Source of the DNA: Thermoproteota archaeon
Lineage (GTDB): Archaea > Korarchaeota > Korarchaeia > B14-G2
DNA: 46,451 nt
Assembly: GCA_003661385.1 (NCBI GenBank)
Contig: QMWA01000002.1
Location: 1-46,451, forward strand
Direction of reading: 5' to 3'
The first letter of the stretch is position 1. Each line of letters opens with the position of its first letter. Below, one piece after another: positions 45,333-46,451 of this stretch. The position numbers and the translations under genes are program-made. The notes beneath the pieces are model-generated. The model was not told the origin of the DNA and did not search any database. It was given only the letters and a program-made list of their open reading frames with translations.

Positions 45333-46451
45333 TTACAGAGATATCCTATACCTATCCCTCAGCTCTCTGAGTTTACCTGAGTTCCAGCCTTCTACATTGC
45401 TATAGTACCCTGTTATCCTACTCCAGTATGTGACAGCCTTACTACCACAATGTGGACAAGACTCGTTTAGCAGAGGAGATACACGGTGGCAGCTCTTACA
45501 TATAGTGAAGTCCTTAGTGTAAGCAAAGTAGCCTATCTGAGACCCCAGGGCTATCTTCTTTGTGAGCCCCCACAGCGCCTCTGGGTCAGGGTGGGCTTCT
45601 CCAAGCCATATGTGGAACATGTTCCCCCCTTCACCGAGTATCGGGAAGAACTTCTGTTCTATCTCTATCTTCCTGGCTAGAGGGATCCTAGCCCCGACGT
45701 ACACGTGTGTACCATTAGAGTAGTACACAGGTAGGTTGCGGCGTTCACCAGCTGCTATGGAAGCTGCAGCAGTCTCAACATCACCTTTAACAACAGACTT
45801 AGCCTTCTCCCTGAACTTCCTGTTCACTAGATCAGCTATAGCAAGCCTCTGTGCAGCAGACTCAGCTGGTGTCCTAGCGAGGACCAAAGGGAGCCCAGTC
45901 TCCTCTCGGAGCTCCTTCACAATCTCTCTAAGCTGCAGAATGGTCTTCACTAGGAAGCGTACAGCCTCCTTGCTCTCATGAAGCTGGTACCCAGTATGGT
46001 ACTGAGCCATCTCATTGCCTCCAAGCACACCTATCGTGTAAACAAGAGAGTCCATGTCAACTAGAGGCGGAAGCTTCTCGCCAGTAACAGGATCTCTAGG
46101 CCTGTATTGAGCGAATGGAATCCCGTAGTTCTCGAGCTGCTTCCTGAGCCACTTCTCCTTGACTTCAAACACCTTCACTATCTTAGAGACAACTTCTCTA
46201 AGCAGCTCAGGCACTAGAGCATCGTTGCCATTCGCTCTATAAGCTATCCTCGGGAGATTGACAGTCACAACCTGCTTTCCACCTAAGCTAAAGTGCTCCC
46301 CACCTTCAAGGTAGAGCTTATCATAGAACTTTGGATCCGACTCTGGACCTGATGTAAAGGTATATGCACAGCACTGGTAGCATGAGACCCCACGGCCATA
46401 CATCCTGTAGGGAGGCACCATGTTGTCTATGTAGCTTCCACCGAACTTAGC
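45333..46451 (-). CDS. nrdD: anaerobic (class III) ribonucleotide reductase, 3' part; runs off the window
   Basis: QCC finger loop, TVNLPR, TPAES, YYSN..H, C-terminal CxxC..CPxC zinc site and SRITGYY glycyl-radical motif. Confidence 0.93.
   Translation of the reverse strand, partial: AKFGGSYIDNMVPPYRMYGRGVSCYQCCAYTFTSGPESDPKFYDKLYLEGGEHFSLGGKQVVTVNLPRIAYRANGNDALVPELLREVVSKIVKVFEVKEKWLRKQLENYGIPFAQYRPRDPVTGEKLPPLVDMDSLVYTIGVLGGNEMAQYHTGYQLHESKEAVRFLVKTILQLREIVKELREETGLPLVLARTPAESAAQRLAIADLVNRKFREKAKSVVKGDVETAAASIAAGERRNLPVYYSNGTHVYVGARIPLARKIEIEQKFFPILGEGGNMFHIWLGEAHPDPEALWGLTKKIALGSQIGYFAYTKDFTICKSCHRVSPLLNESCPHCGSKAVTYWSRITGYYSNVEGWNSGKLRELRDRYRISL

Noticed and set aside
1..46451. CRISPR arrays, IS elements, rRNA or defence islands
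   Set aside because: No regularly spaced repeats, transposase or integrase motifs, or rRNA-like sequence seen by eye

Overview
Very compact core-genome region of a TACK/Thermoproteota-type archaeon (inferred from RpoG, an SmAP3-like Lsm and multi-intron tRNAs). It also encodes SepF and a PRC-barrel protein, which suggests FtsZ-type division. The window holds about 60 housekeeping CDSs: ribosomal proteins, RNA polymerase subunits, the exosome/RNase P/proteasome superoperon, aCPSF1, FEN1, aRF1, KEOPS parts, an ECF transporter and the 3' part of nrdD. It also holds ten tRNA genes, nine of which carry about 15-16 short bulge-helix-bulge/loop (BHB/BHL) introns, many at non-canonical sites. The main finding is a 20-nt intron with a complete BHB motif inside a protein-coding gene (pcm, 25004-25023). 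Its removal restores the conserved QTISAPHMV motif and the reading frame. Other candidates are ordered or tandem tRNA introns, a probable non-canonical (CTG) start for RNase P Pop5, a divergent TFB coupled to a membrane-anchored HerA/VirB4-like ATPase, and an EndoV with an Asp-to-Asn catalytic substitution. No mobile elements, CRISPR arrays or rRNA genes were seen. All calls come from reading motifs by eye; no searches were run.
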